Position numbers and translations under genes: made by a program
The notes under the pieces: generated by a model
What the model saw: only the letters and a program-made list of their open reading frames with translations
Told to the model about the DNA's origin: nothing
The model's database searches: none
Assembly (NCBI GenBank): GCA_963776345.1
Contig: CAVZMH010000015.1
Location: 558,837 to 622,836, forward strand
From: an uncultured delta proteobacterium
Lineage (GTDB): Bacteria; Myxococcota; Myxococcia; Myxococcales; Myxococcaceae
Length of the DNA: 64,000 bases
Reading direction: 5' to 3'
Shown: piece by piece, positions 12,022 through 22,474 of the stretch
How positions within the stretch are numbered: the stretch's first letter is position 1
Layout of the letters: the number at the start of each line of letters is the position of its first letter

Positions 12022-12960
12022 TCAGCGGCCCCCGGCGGCGGCGAGCGACCTCTCCAGGCTCGCCGGGTCCTCCACGTTGAGCACCTCGATCTCCTTCGAG
12101 ATGCGCTTCACCAGCCCGCCCAGCACCCGTCCGGGCCCCAGCTCCACCACCCGGCCGACCCCCGCCGCGGCGAGCGCGCGGATCGACTCGACCCAGCGCA
12201 CCGGCGCGCTCACCTGGGCGAGCAAGAGCGGCACCACCCGCGCGGCGTCGGAGTTCGGCGCCGCCTCGACGTTGGTCACCACCGGCACCCGCGGCGCGTT
12301 CACCGTGCACCGGGCGAGCACCTCGGCGAGCCGCGGCTTCACCGGCTCCATCAGCGCGCAGTGGAAGGGAGCGGACACCGACAGCGGCACCACCCGCTTG
12401 GCGCCGGCCTCGCGGAGCCGCGCCGAGACTCGCTCCACCGCCGCGGCGTGACCGGCGATGACCGTCTGCTCGGGCGAGTTGTAGTTCGCCGGCGAGACCA
12501 CCTGCCCGTCGGCCGACTCGGCGCAGATGCGGGCCACCACCTCGGCGTCGAGGCCGAGCACCGCGGCCATGGCCCCGGTCCCGGCGGGCACCGCCTCCTG
12601 CATGAACGTGCCGCGCGCCCGGACGGCCCGGACCGCGTCGCCGAGCGAGAGCGCCCCTGCGGCCACCAGCGCCGAGTACTCGCCCAGCGAATGCCCGGCG
12701 ACGAAGGCGGCCGGAGCCCCCCGGGCGGACCACACCGCGTGCGCGGCGATGGACATGGTGAGGATGGCCGGCTGGGTGTTGCGGGTCAGCACCAGCTCGG
12801 ACTCCGGGCCCTCGAAGCAGAGCCTCGACAGCGGCTCGCCGAGCGCGTCGTCCGCGGCCTGGAACACCGCGCGGGCCTCGGGGAACGCCTCGGCCAGGGC
12901 CTTGCCCATGCCCACCACCTGGCTCCCCTGCCCGGGAAAGAGGAAGGCGGTGGCTACCAT
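12022..12960 (-). CDS. fabD: Malonyl-CoA:ACP transacylase
   Basis: FPGQGSQ, GHSLGEY, SAPFHC. Confidence 0.97.
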   Translation of the reverse strand: MVATAFLFPGQGSQVVGMGKALAEAFPEARAVFQAADDALGEPLSRLCFEGPESELVLTRNTQPAILTMSIAAHAVWSARGAPAAFVAGHSLGEYSALVAAGALSLGDAVRAVRARGTFMQEAVPAGTGAMAAVLGLDAEVVARICAESADGQVVSPANYNSPEQTVIAGHAAAVERVSARLREAGAKRVVPLSVSAPFHCALMEPVKPRLAEVLARCTVNAPRVPVVTNVEAAPNSDAARVVPLLLAQVSAPVRWVESIRALAAAGVGRVVELGPGRVLGGLVKRISKEIEVLNVEDPASLERSLAAAGGR

Positions 12961-13937
12961 CGGATGACGCCGGCGCCCCAGGCCATCCCCGCCCCGATGG
13001 CCATCGTGGCGATGATGTCCCCGGGGTGGAGGCGACCGGCGCGGTTCGCCTCGTCGAGCGTGGTGGGCAGCGACGCCGAGGAGGTGTTGCCGTAGCGGTG
13101 GATGTTCACCCAGCACTTCTCGATCGGAAGCCCGAGCCGGTGACACACCGACTCGATGATCCGGAGGTTCGCCTGGTGGCCGATGAGGTGGGTCACATCC
13201 GCGGCGGTGAGGCCCTGCTTCCCCAGCGCCTCGAGCACCGCCTCGGGCAGGGCGCGGACGGCGTACTTGTAGACGTCACGGCCGTTCATCGCGACCTTGT
13301 TCAGCTTCTTCTCCAGCACCTCGGGCGACTGCGGATGGAGGCTGCCGCCGCCGGCGATGGTGAGGATGCCGGCGGCCTCGCCATCGGAGTGGAGCTCGAT
13401 GCCGAGGATGCCGCGTGCCGGGTCCGCCGAGGGGCCGAGCACCATCGCCCCGGCCGCGTCCCCGAAGAGCACGCAGGTGTTCCGGTCCGTCCAGTCGACG
13501 ATGCGGCTCAGGAGCTCGGCGCCGATCACCAGCGCCCGCCGGGCGCTGCCGTTGCGGATGTACTGGTCGGCGATCGCCATCCCGTACAGCGAGCCCGCGC
13601 AGGCGGCCGAGAGGTCGAAGGCGAAGGCCTTCTTCGCCCCCAGCTTGGCCTGCACCATCACCGCGCAGGACGGCATGGGCATGTCGGGGGAGATGGTCCC
13701 CACGATGATCATGTCCAGCTCGTCGGCCCGGGTGTGAGCCATCTCCAGCGCCCGGATGGCCGCCTTCACCGCCATGTCCGAGGTGACCTCGCCCGGGGCG
13801 GCGATGCGGCGCTCCTTGATGCCGGTGCGCTCGGTGATCCAGGCGTCCGACGTCTCGACCATCCGCTCGAGATCTGCGTTGGTCAGGACCTTGTCGGGCG
13901 CGTAGGCGCCCGTGCCCAGGATCGCGGTGCGTGTCAC
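12954..13937 (-). CDS. fabH: 3-oxoacyl-ACP synthase III
   Basis: RTGIKERR, AACAG, HQAN, YGNTS. Confidence 0.97.
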   Translation of the reverse strand: MTRTAILGTGAYAPDKVLTNADLERMVETSDAWITERTGIKERRIAAPGEVTSDMAVKAAIRALEMAHTRADELDMIIVGTISPDMPMPSCAVMVQAKLGAKKAFAFDLSAACAGSLYGMAIADQYIRNGSARRALVIGAELLSRIVDWTDRNTCVLFGDAAGAMVLGPSADPARGILGIELHSDGEAAGILTIAGGGSLHPQSPEVLEKKLNKVAMNGRDVYKYAVRALPEAVLEALGKQGLTAADVTHLIGHQANLRIIESVCHRLGLPIEKCWVNIHRYGNTSSASLPTTLDEANRAGRLHPGDIIATMAIGAGMAWGAGVIRW

Positions 13938-14078
13938 TGCCCGGCCCTCTCCTCCCTGGACGAGCGGCCCAGGGCGCGGGTCACCATGACGCATGCGCGC
14001 AGGATTGTCGTGCGCCGCACCGCGCCCGGGTTGTGCTTCCACCGAAATTGACTCCGCGCGTCATCCACGGGCAGGCGG

Positions 14079-14261
14079 CTACTTGACCGCGATGACCTCG
14101 CGTCCGGCGTAGTGGCCGCAGCTCTTGCACGCGCGATGCGGAAGCACCGGCTCCTTGCAGTTCGGGCAGGAGATGACCTGCACCGCCACGCGGAGGTTGT
14201 TGTTGCCAGCACGCCGGCGATCGCGGCGCATCTTCGACGTCCTCTTCTTGGGAACTCCCAC
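14079..14261 (-). CDS. rpmF: 50S ribosomal protein L32
   Basis: [23 protein letters not shown]. Confidence 0.97.
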   Translation of the reverse strand: MGVPKKRTSKMRRDRRRAGNNNLRVAVQVISCPNCKEPVLPHRACKSCGHYAGREVIAVK

Positions 14262-14273
14262 GGCGTTCTGCTC

Positions 14274-14837
14274 CTAGTTCAGCTTGATGTTCTTCAGCTG
14301 GGCGAGCCGGGGATCTACCCGGTCGGTGGCGCACCCGCACTGCCCTTCGTTCAGATTCTGGCCGCACGTGCCGCACAGGCCCTTGCAGTCCTCGCGGCAT
14401 TCGGCGTGCATCGGCAGGGCGAGGAGGACCTGTTCCCGCACCAGCGGATCCAGGTCGATGTGCTTGCCGTCGAAGAGCTCCTCGTCGGCCCGCTCCAGGT
14501 CGAAGGTCCCGACCTGCTCGGCGTCGCCCTTGTCCGCCCCGTCCTTGCGGTGGGACAGGGCCGCCGGGGAGACCAGGTTGAGGGTGAAGCTCACCGGGAT
14601 CCGGAGGTGGACGTCGGCGAGGCAGCGCCGGCACGGAGTGTGGACCGGCACCTCGGTCGAGCCGCGCAGGAGCACCCCGCTCCCGGTCTTCTGGAGCTTG
14701 ACCTGGAGGCTGGCCGGACCGTCCGGGCGGAACCCGGTGTCCTTGACCTCGGCGAGGGCGTGGGTGAGGAAGCTCTCCGAGAGCTTCTCGTCGAGGGAGA
14801 GGCCCCCCTCGCGGATCTGATCGACGGTGACAACCAT
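14274..14837 (-). CDS. yceD: YceD/DUF177 family protein
   Basis: CRRCL, IDLDPLVREQVLLALP, CREDCKGLC..CG, DPRL; directly upstream of rpmF. Confidence 0.9.
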   Translation of the reverse strand: MVVTVDQIREGGLSLDEKLSESFLTHALAEVKDTGFRPDGPASLQVKLQKTGSGVLLRGSTEVPVHTPCRRCLADVHLRIPVSFTLNLVSPAALSHRKDGADKGDAEQVGTFDLERADEELFDGKHIDLDPLVREQVLLALPMHAECREDCKGLCGTCGQNLNEGQCGCATDRVDPRLAQLKNIKLN

Positions 14838-14909
14838 GGGCGGCGGTAAAAGGGCGCGGACTTAATGGCACACCCCGCCCCCTGTCAACGAGCGGGACGT
14901 TCCTCGCCC

Positions 14910-14936
14910 GTCATGGCCTCGACACCCAAGCGTCAC
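14910..14936 (+). promoter_or_regulatory. Pho box-like direct repeats upstream of phoB
   Basis: GTCAT (14910), GACAC (14921), GTCAC (14932) with exact 11-bp period. Confidence 0.6.
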
Positions 14937-15010
14937 CCCACCCGTGGGACCCGTCTGGTACAGGCGTGCTCCCGGGTCAGTGGCCAGCCCTCCCGGAGGT
15001 TCCCCCGCCC

Positions 15011-15703
15011 GTGTCGCGCATCCTGATCGTCGAGGACGAGCAAGACCTCGCCAACCTCCTCACCTACAACCTGAGCGCCGCCGGGTTCGAGACAGAGACC
15101 ACCCACACCGGGGCGGCCGCCCTCAGCCGGGCCAAGTCGTTCAAGCCCGACCTGGTCTTGCTCGACCTGATGCTTCCCGACCTCCCGGGCAGCGAGGTCC
15201 TCCGGCTCATCAAGGAGGACCCCACCCTGCGCCGCACGGCGGTGGTGATGGTCACCGCCAAGGGGCAGGAGTCAGACCGGGTGCAGGGCCTCGAGCTCGG
15301 CGCGGACGACTACGTGGTGAAGCCGTTCAGCGTTCGTGAGCTGGCGCTCCGGGTCAAGGCGGTGCTCCGCCGGATGGCCAGCGACTCCGAGGGGACCGGC
15401 GTGCTGGCGGCGGGCAGCATCCGGCTCGACCCCGCCCGGCACGAGGTGACGGTGGGCGGCGTCGAGGTGGCCCTCACCGCGCTCGAGTTCCGCCTGCTCA
15501 AGACGCTGCTCGAGCGCCCGGGCCGGGTCCAGACCCGCGAGGTGCTGCTGGCCGACGTCTGGGGCATCGAGGCGGACATCACCACCCGCACCGTCGACAC
15601 CCACATCAAGCGGCTGCGGGAGAAGCTCGGGGCCGCCGGGGACATCATCGAGACGGTCCGCGGGGTCGGCTACAAGCTGGCCAGCCCCGACAAGGACGCG
15701 TGA
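15011..15703 (+). CDS. phoB: PhoB-type OmpR-family response regulator
   Basis: ILIVEDE, LLDLMLP, GADDYVVKPF, RTVDTHIKRLREKL; near the pst operon. Confidence 0.85.
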   Translation: MSRILIVEDEQDLANLLTYNLSAAGFETETTHTGAAALSRAKSFKPDLVLLDLMLPDLPGSEVLRLIKEDPTLRRTAVVMVTAKGQESDRVQGLELGADDYVVKPFSVRELALRVKAVLRRMASDSEGTGVLAAGSIRLDPARHEVTVGGVEVALTALEFRLLKTLLERPGRVQTREVLLADVWGIEADITTRTVDTHIKRLREKLGAAGDIIETVRGVGYKLASPDKDA

Positions 15704-16971
15704 GCGAGCTTCCCCAGCCGCGCCGGATCCTCTTCCTCCTCCTCGCCACCCTGCTCCCCGGCATCGCCGCGGGCATCGGCGCCGGAGCGCTCACCGACCT
15801 GCGCGCCGGGCTCCTGGCCGGGGGACTGGCCGCCTTCGTCGCCTTCGTCATCGCCGCGGCCAGCGAGAGCGAGTCGGCGCGGGCGGTGACCCGGACCGAG
15901 GAGGCCGCCGAGGCGCGCCAGCGGGCCACCGTGGAGGAGCGGGACGGCGCGCTGCTCGAGGTGCGGACCCTGGCCGCGGCCATCGAGGCGATGGACGAGG
16001 GAATGTGGATCACCGACGCCAACGGCGTCGTGCTCCGGCACAACGAGGCGCTCCGCACCATCCTCGGCACGGACCAGGAGCTGGTCGGGCAGCGTCCGCT
16101 GTTCCTGGTGCGGAGGACCGAGCTCCACGATGCGGTCCTCCGTGCCTGCCGCGAGGGCGTGACCTCGAAGGTCGAGGTGTCGATGGACGCCCCGAGGAGC
16201 AAGACGCTCGAGGTGTACATCGCCCCGCTCGGGGGCTCGCTGCCCGGCAGCGCGGCGGTGTTCCGCGACGTCACCGAGCGCAAGCGGCTGGAGCGGGTGC
16301 GTCAGGACTTCGTGGCCAACGTGAGCCACGAGCTCCGGACGCCCATCGCCGCCATCCTCGGCTATGCCGAGACGCTGCGCTCGGGCGCTCTGGCGGACGC
16401 CAAGCACGCGCCCCAGATGGTGGAGATCATCCACCGGCAGTCGGAGCGGCTCAACGAGCTGGTGTCCGACCTGCTCGAGCTGTCCCGGCTGGACGCCGGG
16501 GAGCGGCCGCTGTCCTCGACGCCGGTCTCTCTGGAGACCATCGCCCGGCAGGCCAGCGAGGCCATGGAGCCCCGGGCCAGCGGCAAGCGCCTGGCGATGC
16601 AGCTCCGCATCCCGCCCGACCTGACCGCCCGGGCCGACCCCAAGGCCGTGGAACAGGTGCTCCTGAACCTGCTGGACAACGCCATCAAGTACACGCCCGA
16701 GGGGGGGACGGTGGAGATCATCGGCGAGCGGGTGGGAGACCGCGCCCACCTCTCCGTCCGGGACACGGGCCTGGGCATCGAGACCAAGCACCTGCCCCGT
16801 CTCTTCGAGCGGTTCTACCGGGTGGACCGGGGCCGGAGCCGGGAGATGGGGGGGACGGGCCTGGGGCTGTCCATCGTCCGCCACCTGGTGCACGGGATGG
16901 AGGGAGAGGTGCGCGTCTCGAGCCAGCTCGGGGTGGGCAGCACCTTCACCGTGGTGCTCCCGGCAGCCTGA
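15700..16971 (+). CDS. phoR: PhoR-type sensor histidine kinase (TM-PAS-HisKA-HATPase)
   Basis: DFVANVSHELRTP, NLLDNAIKY, ERFYRVD, GGTGLGL. Confidence 0.88.
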   Translation: MSELPQPRRILFLLLATLLPGIAAGIGAGALTDLRAGLLAGGLAAFVAFVIAAASESESARAVTRTEEAAEARQRATVEERDGALLEVRTLAAAIEAMDEGMWITDANGVVLRHNEALRTILGTDQELVGQRPLFLVRRTELHDAVLRACREGVTSKVEVSMDAPRSKTLEVYIAPLGGSLPGSAAVFRDVTERKRLERVRQDFVANVSHELRTPIAAILGYAETLRSGALADAKHAPQMVEIIHRQSERLNELVSDLLELSRLDAGERPLSSTPVSLETIARQASEAMEPRASGKRLAMQLRIPPDLTARADPKAVEQVLLNLLDNAIKYTPEGGTVEIIGERVGDRAHLSVRDTGLGIETKHLPRLFERFYRVDRGRSREMGGTGLGLSIVRHLVHGMEGEVRVSSQLGVGSTFTVVLPAA

Positions 16972-17026
16972 ACGTCAACCCCGCCGTGGCCGGACGGTGA
17001 CAGGAGCAGGTACACTCCGGGGCGCC

Positions 17027-18025
17027 ATGCGGGTGGCCATCCTGGCAGACATCCACGGGAATCTCCCGGCCTGCGAGGCGGTGCTCCAGGACATCGCCAG
17101 GAACGGGGCCGACGTGGTGGTGGCGGCGGGGGACCTGGCGCTCCGCGGCGCGCATCCCCGCGAGACCGTGGAGCTCCTCTTCGACCGCTGCCAGGCGGTG
17201 TTGATGGGAAACACCGACTGCTACATCGCCGGGAACTACCTGGGGGGGGCGTACCGCGAGCGCGAGCACTGGAAGCGCGACCTCCTCGCCTGGACCCGCG
17301 AGCAGCTCGGCCCGGAGTGGACCCGGAAGCTGGGGGAGCTCCCCTTCAGCGTGCGGTTCTCGCCGCGGCGGGGGCAGGACCTCTACGTCTGCCACGCAAA
17401 TCCGCGGAACCTCGAGGAGTCCGTCGACCCGACGCTGGACGAGGCAGCGCTGCGGCGCTTCTTCGCGCACCTGGACGCCGCCGCCTGCGCGTTCGGGCAC
17501 CTGCACTTCCCCTACCGCCGGCGCTTCGGGCGGATGCTGCTGGCGGACGTGGCCTCCGCTGGCATCCCCCGCGACGGCGACGTGCGCCCGGCCTACGGGC
17601 TCTTCACCTGGACCCCGCGCGGCTGGCGGGTGCAGATCCGCCGGGTCCGCTACTCGGTGCGCCGGGCGACCCAGGCCCTCACCGCGCTCCGGGTCCCCGG
17701 GGGCCCGCTCCTGGTGCACAAGCTGCTCGAGGCGCGGTACCGGCACCACGGCGCGCTGCTCGAGGCGGCCCGGCGGCACTCGGGGCTTCCGCCCGTGGGG
17801 GGCCGCCCGGCCATCGAGGCGCTGCGGTCTCACGACCAGTCGGTCCGTCCGCCGCTGGCCCCCGTCGCCCTCACCCCGCCGGAGGGGATTCCCGCCCAGG
17901 TGGAGCGGCTGGCCGACGCGGTCCTGCCGGTGATGGCGGCGGCGCCGCTCGGCGACGGCCGCGTCGACGGGGTGGACGAGTCCGACGGCGAGCTCCCCGA
18001 CGAGAACGCCGTCAGCTTCCGCTGA
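17027..18025 (+). CDS. Calcineurin-like metallophosphoesterase
   Basis: ADIHGN, AGDL, GNTD, FGHLH motifs. Confidence 0.88.
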   Translation: MRVAILADIHGNLPACEAVLQDIARNGADVVVAAGDLALRGAHPRETVELLFDRCQAVLMGNTDCYIAGNYLGGAYREREHWKRDLLAWTREQLGPEWTRKLGELPFSVRFSPRRGQDLYVCHANPRNLEESVDPTLDEAALRRFFAHLDAAACAFGHLHFPYRRRFGRMLLADVASAGIPRDGDVRPAYGLFTWTPRGWRVQIRRVRYSVRRATQALTALRVPGGPLLVHKLLEARYRHHGALLEAARRHSGLPPVGGRPAIEALRSHDQSVRPPLAPVALTPPEGIPAQVERLADAVLPVMAAAPLGDGRVDGVDESDGELPDENAVSFR

Positions 18026-18090
18026 ACATCGGCCGCTCGCCTTGCTAGGGTCCGCGCCGGACCGTGGCAGGACGCGAGGAGATTGCACCG

Positions 18091-18765
18091 ATGACCACCG
18101 CCACCCTGGAGCAGGCGCTGAAGGCCGCTCTCGCCCCGCGAGATCTGCTCACCCACCCCTTCTACCGCGCGTGGTCCGCGGGAGAGCTCAGGCCGGAGGA
18201 CCTCGCGCGCTACGCGGAGCAGTACCACTTTCAAGTCCTGGCGCTGCCGGAGCTGCTGCGGCGGGCGCGGGCGCTGACCACGGACGCCGAGACCGAGGAC
18301 GAGCTGTCCGGGAACCTCGACGACGAGGAGGGCCGGACGGGCGTGGCGCACGCGCGGCTGTGGGAGGCGTTCGGGAGCGCGGTCGGCGCAGCGGCCGAGG
18401 CCTCCCCGCTGCCCGAGACGCGGGCGTCGGCCGAGGCGCTGACGGCGCTGGTCGGCGAGGACGAGGTGACGGCGCTCGCCGCGCTGTGGGCCTACGAGGT
18501 CCAGACCGCGCGGGTGGCGGACACGAAGGAGACGGGTCTCCGCTGCTACGGGGTGGACTCGCCGGCGGCGCTGCGCTTCTTCCGTCTGCACGGCGAGCTG
18601 GACGTGCACCACGCACGCGGACTGGCCGAGGCGCTGGAGCGGGCGATCGCCCGGGGCGGCTCGCTGGAGGCGGCGAAGGCGGCGGTGGAGCGGTCGTCGC
18701 AGGCCCAGTGGACGTTCCTGGACGGCGCCGAGCGCCTCCGGCAGGCGCGCCTCGCGGCCGCGTAG
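18091..18765 (+). CDS. CADD/PqqC-like heme-oxygenase-fold di-metal oxidase
   Basis: HPFY..WSAGEL..YAEQY, NLDDEE..H..LW, AYE, H...DVHH ligand pattern. Confidence 0.8.
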   Translation: MTTATLEQALKAALAPRDLLTHPFYRAWSAGELRPEDLARYAEQYHFQVLALPELLRRARALTTDAETEDELSGNLDDEEGRTGVAHARLWEAFGSAVGAAAEASPLPETRASAEALTALVGEDEVTALAALWAYEVQTARVADTKETGLRCYGVDSPAALRFFRLHGELDVHHARGLAEALERAIARGGSLEAAKAAVERSSQAQWTFLDGAERLRQARLAAA

Positions 18766-18983
18766 GGCTGGGAAGCGTTGTTGCTTGCGGCACCGCACTC
18801 TCCAGGGGTGTCTGGCGGCGGTGCTTGCGGTCGTCGTGGCCCTTGGGTGCCGGGAGCGGACAGCGACCATCGCCACCTCCTCGGCGACACTGGATGCCGG
18901 CGCCTCGGGTGCACGCTGAGCGGGAACCCGAGGCGCGCCGAGCCTCGCTCCCGAAATCCTTACGAAGGCCTCGACCAGGACCC

Positions 18984-20279
18984 GTGACCGCCTCCGCCCG
19001 CTCGCCCGCGCTCCGGGCCTTCCGCTCGCTCGACTTCCGACGATTCCTCGGCTCGCGGCTGCTCTCCATCCTCGGGCTGGAGATGGTGAACGTCGCCGTC
19101 GGCTGGCAGGTGTACGCGCTGACCAGGCGCCCGCTGGACCTCGGATACGTCGGGCTCGCGCAGTTCCTTCCGCCGCTGTTCCTCACCCTCCCCGCCGGGC
19201 ACGCCGCGGACCGGTTCGACCGGCGGCGGGTGGTGCTGCTCTGCCACGTCGCGTTCGGGGTCTGCTCGGCGCTCCTCGCCTGGCTCGCGCTGACCAGCAT
19301 CCAGACGCCCGTCCCCATCTTCGGCGTCCTGGTCCTGCTCGGGACGGCGCGGGCCTTCAACGCCCCCGCGGCGCAGGCGCTGATGCCCTCGCTCCTCCCC
19401 GAGGCCGACTTCCCGAACGCCGTCGCCTGGAACTCGAGCACCTTCCAGGTCGGGACCATCGCCGGCCCCGCGCTCGGGGGCGGGCTCTACGCGCTGCTCG
19501 GCAACCCCGAGGCGGTCTACCTCCTGGCGGCGGCGCTGGCCGTCGTGGACATCACCGTCCTCGCCGGCGTGCGCACCCGGACCGGCCGGATGGAATCGAA
19601 GGCGACGTCGTGGTCCACCGTGCTCGCAGGGGTCCGCTACGTCTGGCAGAACAAGATCGTCCTCGGGATCATCTCGCTCGACCTGTTCGCGGTCCTGCTC
19701 GGTGGCGCCGCGGCCCTCATGCCGGTCTTCGCGCAGGACGTCCTGCACACCGGCGCCTGGGGACTCGGGATCCTCCGGAGCGCGCCGGCCCTCGGCGCGG
19801 GAGCGGTGGGGCTCTGGCTCGCCGCCCACCCGCCCAAGCGGCACGTGGGCCGGAGGATGTTGCTCGGGGTTGCGATCTTCGGCGCGACCACGGTGGGGTT
19901 CGGGCTTTCCCGCGCGCTCTGGCTCTCGGTGCTGCTGCTGGTGGTGATGGGCGCCGCGGACATGCTGAGCGTCTTCGTCCGGCTGACGCTGGTGCAGATC
20001 TCCCCGCCCCCCGAGATGCGCGGCCGGGTGAACGCGGTGAACATGCTCTTCATCGGCGCGAGCAACGAGCTCGGCGAGTTCGAGTCCGGCCTCACCGCCC
20101 AGTGGCTCGGGCCGGTGCGCGCCGTCGTCGCTGGCGGGGTGGGGACGCTCCTCGTCGTCCTCGCCTGGACCCGCCTCTTCCCTGCCCTCGCACGCGTCGA
20201 TCGGATGCCCACCGAGTCGCGGACGGAGCCGGTGGAGCAAGGCTCCGCGGCCACCGAGGCCAGCGCACCCTCCTCGTGA
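18984..20279 (+). CDS. MFS transporter (EntS/DHA3-like)
   Basis: AGHAADRFDRRR motif A, multiple TM helices, RGRVNAVN..FIGASNELGEFESG. Confidence 0.9.
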   Translation: MTASARSPALRAFRSLDFRRFLGSRLLSILGLEMVNVAVGWQVYALTRRPLDLGYVGLAQFLPPLFLTLPAGHAADRFDRRRVVLLCHVAFGVCSALLAWLALTSIQTPVPIFGVLVLLGTARAFNAPAAQALMPSLLPEADFPNAVAWNSSTFQVGTIAGPALGGGLYALLGNPEAVYLLAAALAVVDITVLAGVRTRTGRMESKATSWSTVLAGVRYVWQNKIVLGIISLDLFAVLLGGAAALMPVFAQDVLHTGAWGLGILRSAPALGAGAVGLWLAAHPPKRHVGRRMLLGVAIFGATTVGFGLSRALWLSVLLLVVMGAADMLSVFVRLTLVQISPPPEMRGRVNAVNMLFIGASNELGEFESGLTAQWLGPVRAVVAGGVGTLLVVLAWTRLFPALARVDRMPTESRTEPVEQGSAATEASAPSS

Positions 20280-20354
20280 CGCCTCGCCGGCCGGGTCGCA
20301 GCGTCCGTCGACGGTCGATAAAGCCGTCGAGCCCCGGGCCGCGCTCGGGGCACA

Positions 20355-20867
20355 ATGAGCTCCGGGAGCACCGCGACCATGACGACGCCTGCGAGAGCCA
20401 CCATCCGCCCCGCGACTCCTCGCGACTGGCCGGGCATCGAGCGGCTCCTCCACGCCCGCTCGCTCCCCCTCGAGGGCGCCAGCGAACACCTGGAACGCTT
20501 TCTCGTCGCGGAGCAGGGAGCGACGGTGGTCGGCTGCGTCGGGCTCGAGCGCTACGGCCCCCTCGGCCTCCTGCGGAGCCTCGCCGTCGACGAGGGCATC
20601 TCGGGACGGGGCGTGGGGACGGAGCTGGTGCGTGCGCTCCTCGCCCGGGCGCCGCGACTCGGGGTCGACGCGCTGTATCTCCTGACGACCACCGCGGCCG
20701 ACTACTTCCCGCGGTTCGGGTTCGAGCCCCTCCCCCGGTCCGCGCTGCCCGACGCGCTCTCGGCCTCGGCGGAGCTCCGCGGCGCCTGTCCAGCGTCGGC
20801 CGTGGCGATGCGGCTCACCCTCCCCGCTCAGGCCACGGGCGGATCCCGGGGCGGCAGCTCGGCCTGA
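20355..20867 (+). CDS. arsN2: Arsenic resistance N-acetyltransferase ArsN2-like
   Basis: GLLRSLAV, YLLTTTA..YF.RFGF, CPASA; adjacent to the ars operon. Confidence 0.8.
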   Translation: MSSGSTATMTTPARATIRPATPRDWPGIERLLHARSLPLEGASEHLERFLVAEQGATVVGCVGLERYGPLGLLRSLAVDEGISGRGVGTELVRALLARAPRLGVDALYLLTTTAADYFPRFGFEPLPRSALPDALSASAELRGACPASAVAMRLTLPAQATGGSRGGSSA

Positions 20868-21368
20868 CGGGCCACGCCCTCCGGGTCCTTCCCGATGCCC
20901 CGCACCAGCTGCTCGGTCCGGAAGCGGTCCAGCTTCTCCAGCGGCAGCGCACAGAAGATCTGCAGCCGCCGGTGCATCTGGAGCGCGATGGCGTGGAAGT
21001 GCCGCTCGCGCGCCTCCGGCGGCCCGACGAACGCCGCGGGGTCCTCGAGCCCCCAGTGGGCGAGGATCGGCTGACCCGGCCAGATCGGACACGACTCGCG
21101 GGCCTGGTCGCAGACGGTGATCACGAAGTCGAAGCGGACGTCCTTCAGCTCGTCCCACGACTTGCTCCGGGCATCGGAGGCGTCGATGCGCGAAGCGCTT
21201 CCGGAGCACCTCGAGGGTGGCCGGATCCACGGTGCCCTTCGGATGCGAGCCCGCGCTGTACACCTCGAAGTTGCCGCGGCCGAGGCGCCGGAGGAAGACC
21301 TCGGCGAAGATGCTCCGGGCCGAGTTGCCGGTGCAGAGGAACAGGACCTTCATCGGCCTGGGGGTCAT
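20828..21368 (-). CDS. arsC: Arsenate reductase, LMW-PTP type (frameshift near 21190)
   Basis: [42 protein letters not shown]. Confidence 0.88.
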
Positions 21369-22474
21369 CGGCTCTCCAGGGGGCGAGCGAGGGGCGTCGG
21401 CGCGCGGTCGACCCCGAAGAGCCGTCCGCGAAGCCAGAGCGAGAGGTAGACCAGCGAGACCAGCGCCGGGACCTCGATCAGCGGGCCGACCACGCCGGCC
21501 AGCGCCTCCCCGGAGGACAGGCCGAAGGTGGCCACCGCGACGGCGATGGCCAGCTCGAAGTTGTTCCCCGCCGCGGTGAACGACAGCGACGCGGTATCCT
21601 CGTACGAGAACCCGAGCTTCCAGGAGAGGAGGAAGGACGCGGTGAACATCACCGCGAAGTAGACGAGGAGGGGCAGCGCGATGCGGACCACGTCGAACGG
21701 GAGCCGGCTGATCCGGTCCCCCTGCAGCGCGAACATCACGACGATGGTGTAGAGCAGCGCGAGAAGCGCCAGCGGGCCGATGCGCGGCAGGACCTCCTGC
21801 TCGTACCACTCGCGGCCGCGGTACCGCTCGCAGCCCATGCGGGTGAGCACCGCCGCGAGGAGCGGCAGGCCGAGGAAGATGAGCACGTTCCGGGCGATGT
21901 CCCAGACGCCGATGTTGAGCGCCGTGCCCGAGCTTCCGAACCAGCCCGGCACCACCGAGAGGAAGAACCAGCCCATCGCCGAGTAGAAGACGATCTGGAA
22001 GAGCGAGTTGAGCGCGACCAGCACCGCCGCGACCTCGCCGCTGCCGCGGGCCAGCATGTTCCAGATCAGGACCATGGCGATGCACCGCGCCAGGCCGATC
22101 AGGATCAGACCCGTCCGGTACTCGGGCAGATCGGGCAGGAACGCCCAGGCGAGCGCGAACATCAGCAACGGCCCGACCACCCAGTTGAGGAGCAGCGAGA
22201 CGGTGAACAGCCGGCTGCGCTGCCGAAGCCGACCGAGGTCGGCGTACCGCACCCGCGCCAGCACCGGGTACATCATCAGGAAGAGCCCGATCGCGATGGG
22301 CAGCGAGACTCCGGAGACCTGCGCCGCGTCGAGCGCTGGCGCGATCCCGGGCGCAAGGCGGCCGATGAGGAGGCCGAGCGCCATCGCCAGGAGAATCCAG
22401 AGCGGGAGCAGACGGTCGAGCGTGCGGAGCCGGACCGACGCCGGGTCCGCCGCGGCGGCGCCTCCGGAGCTCAT
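21365..22474 (-). CDS. acr3: Arsenite efflux transporter Acr3
   Basis: MMYPVLA, GLARCIAMVLIW, GNNFELAIAVA, GPLIEVP. Confidence 0.95.
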   Translation of the reverse strand: MSSGGAAAADPASVRLRTLDRLLPLWILLAMALGLLIGRLAPGIAPALDAAQVSGVSLPIAIGLFLMMYPVLARVRYADLGRLRQRSRLFTVSLLLNWVVGPLLMFALAWAFLPDLPEYRTGLILIGLARCIAMVLIWNMLARGSGEVAAVLVALNSLFQIVFYSAMGWFFLSVVPGWFGSSGTALNIGVWDIARNVLIFLGLPLLAAVLTRMGCERYRGREWYEQEVLPRIGPLALLALLYTIVVMFALQGDRISRLPFDVVRIALPLLVYFAVMFTASFLLSWKLGFSYEDTASLSFTAAGNNFELAIAVAVATFGLSSGEALAGVVGPLIEVPALVSLVYLSLWLRGRLFGVDRAPTPLARPLESR

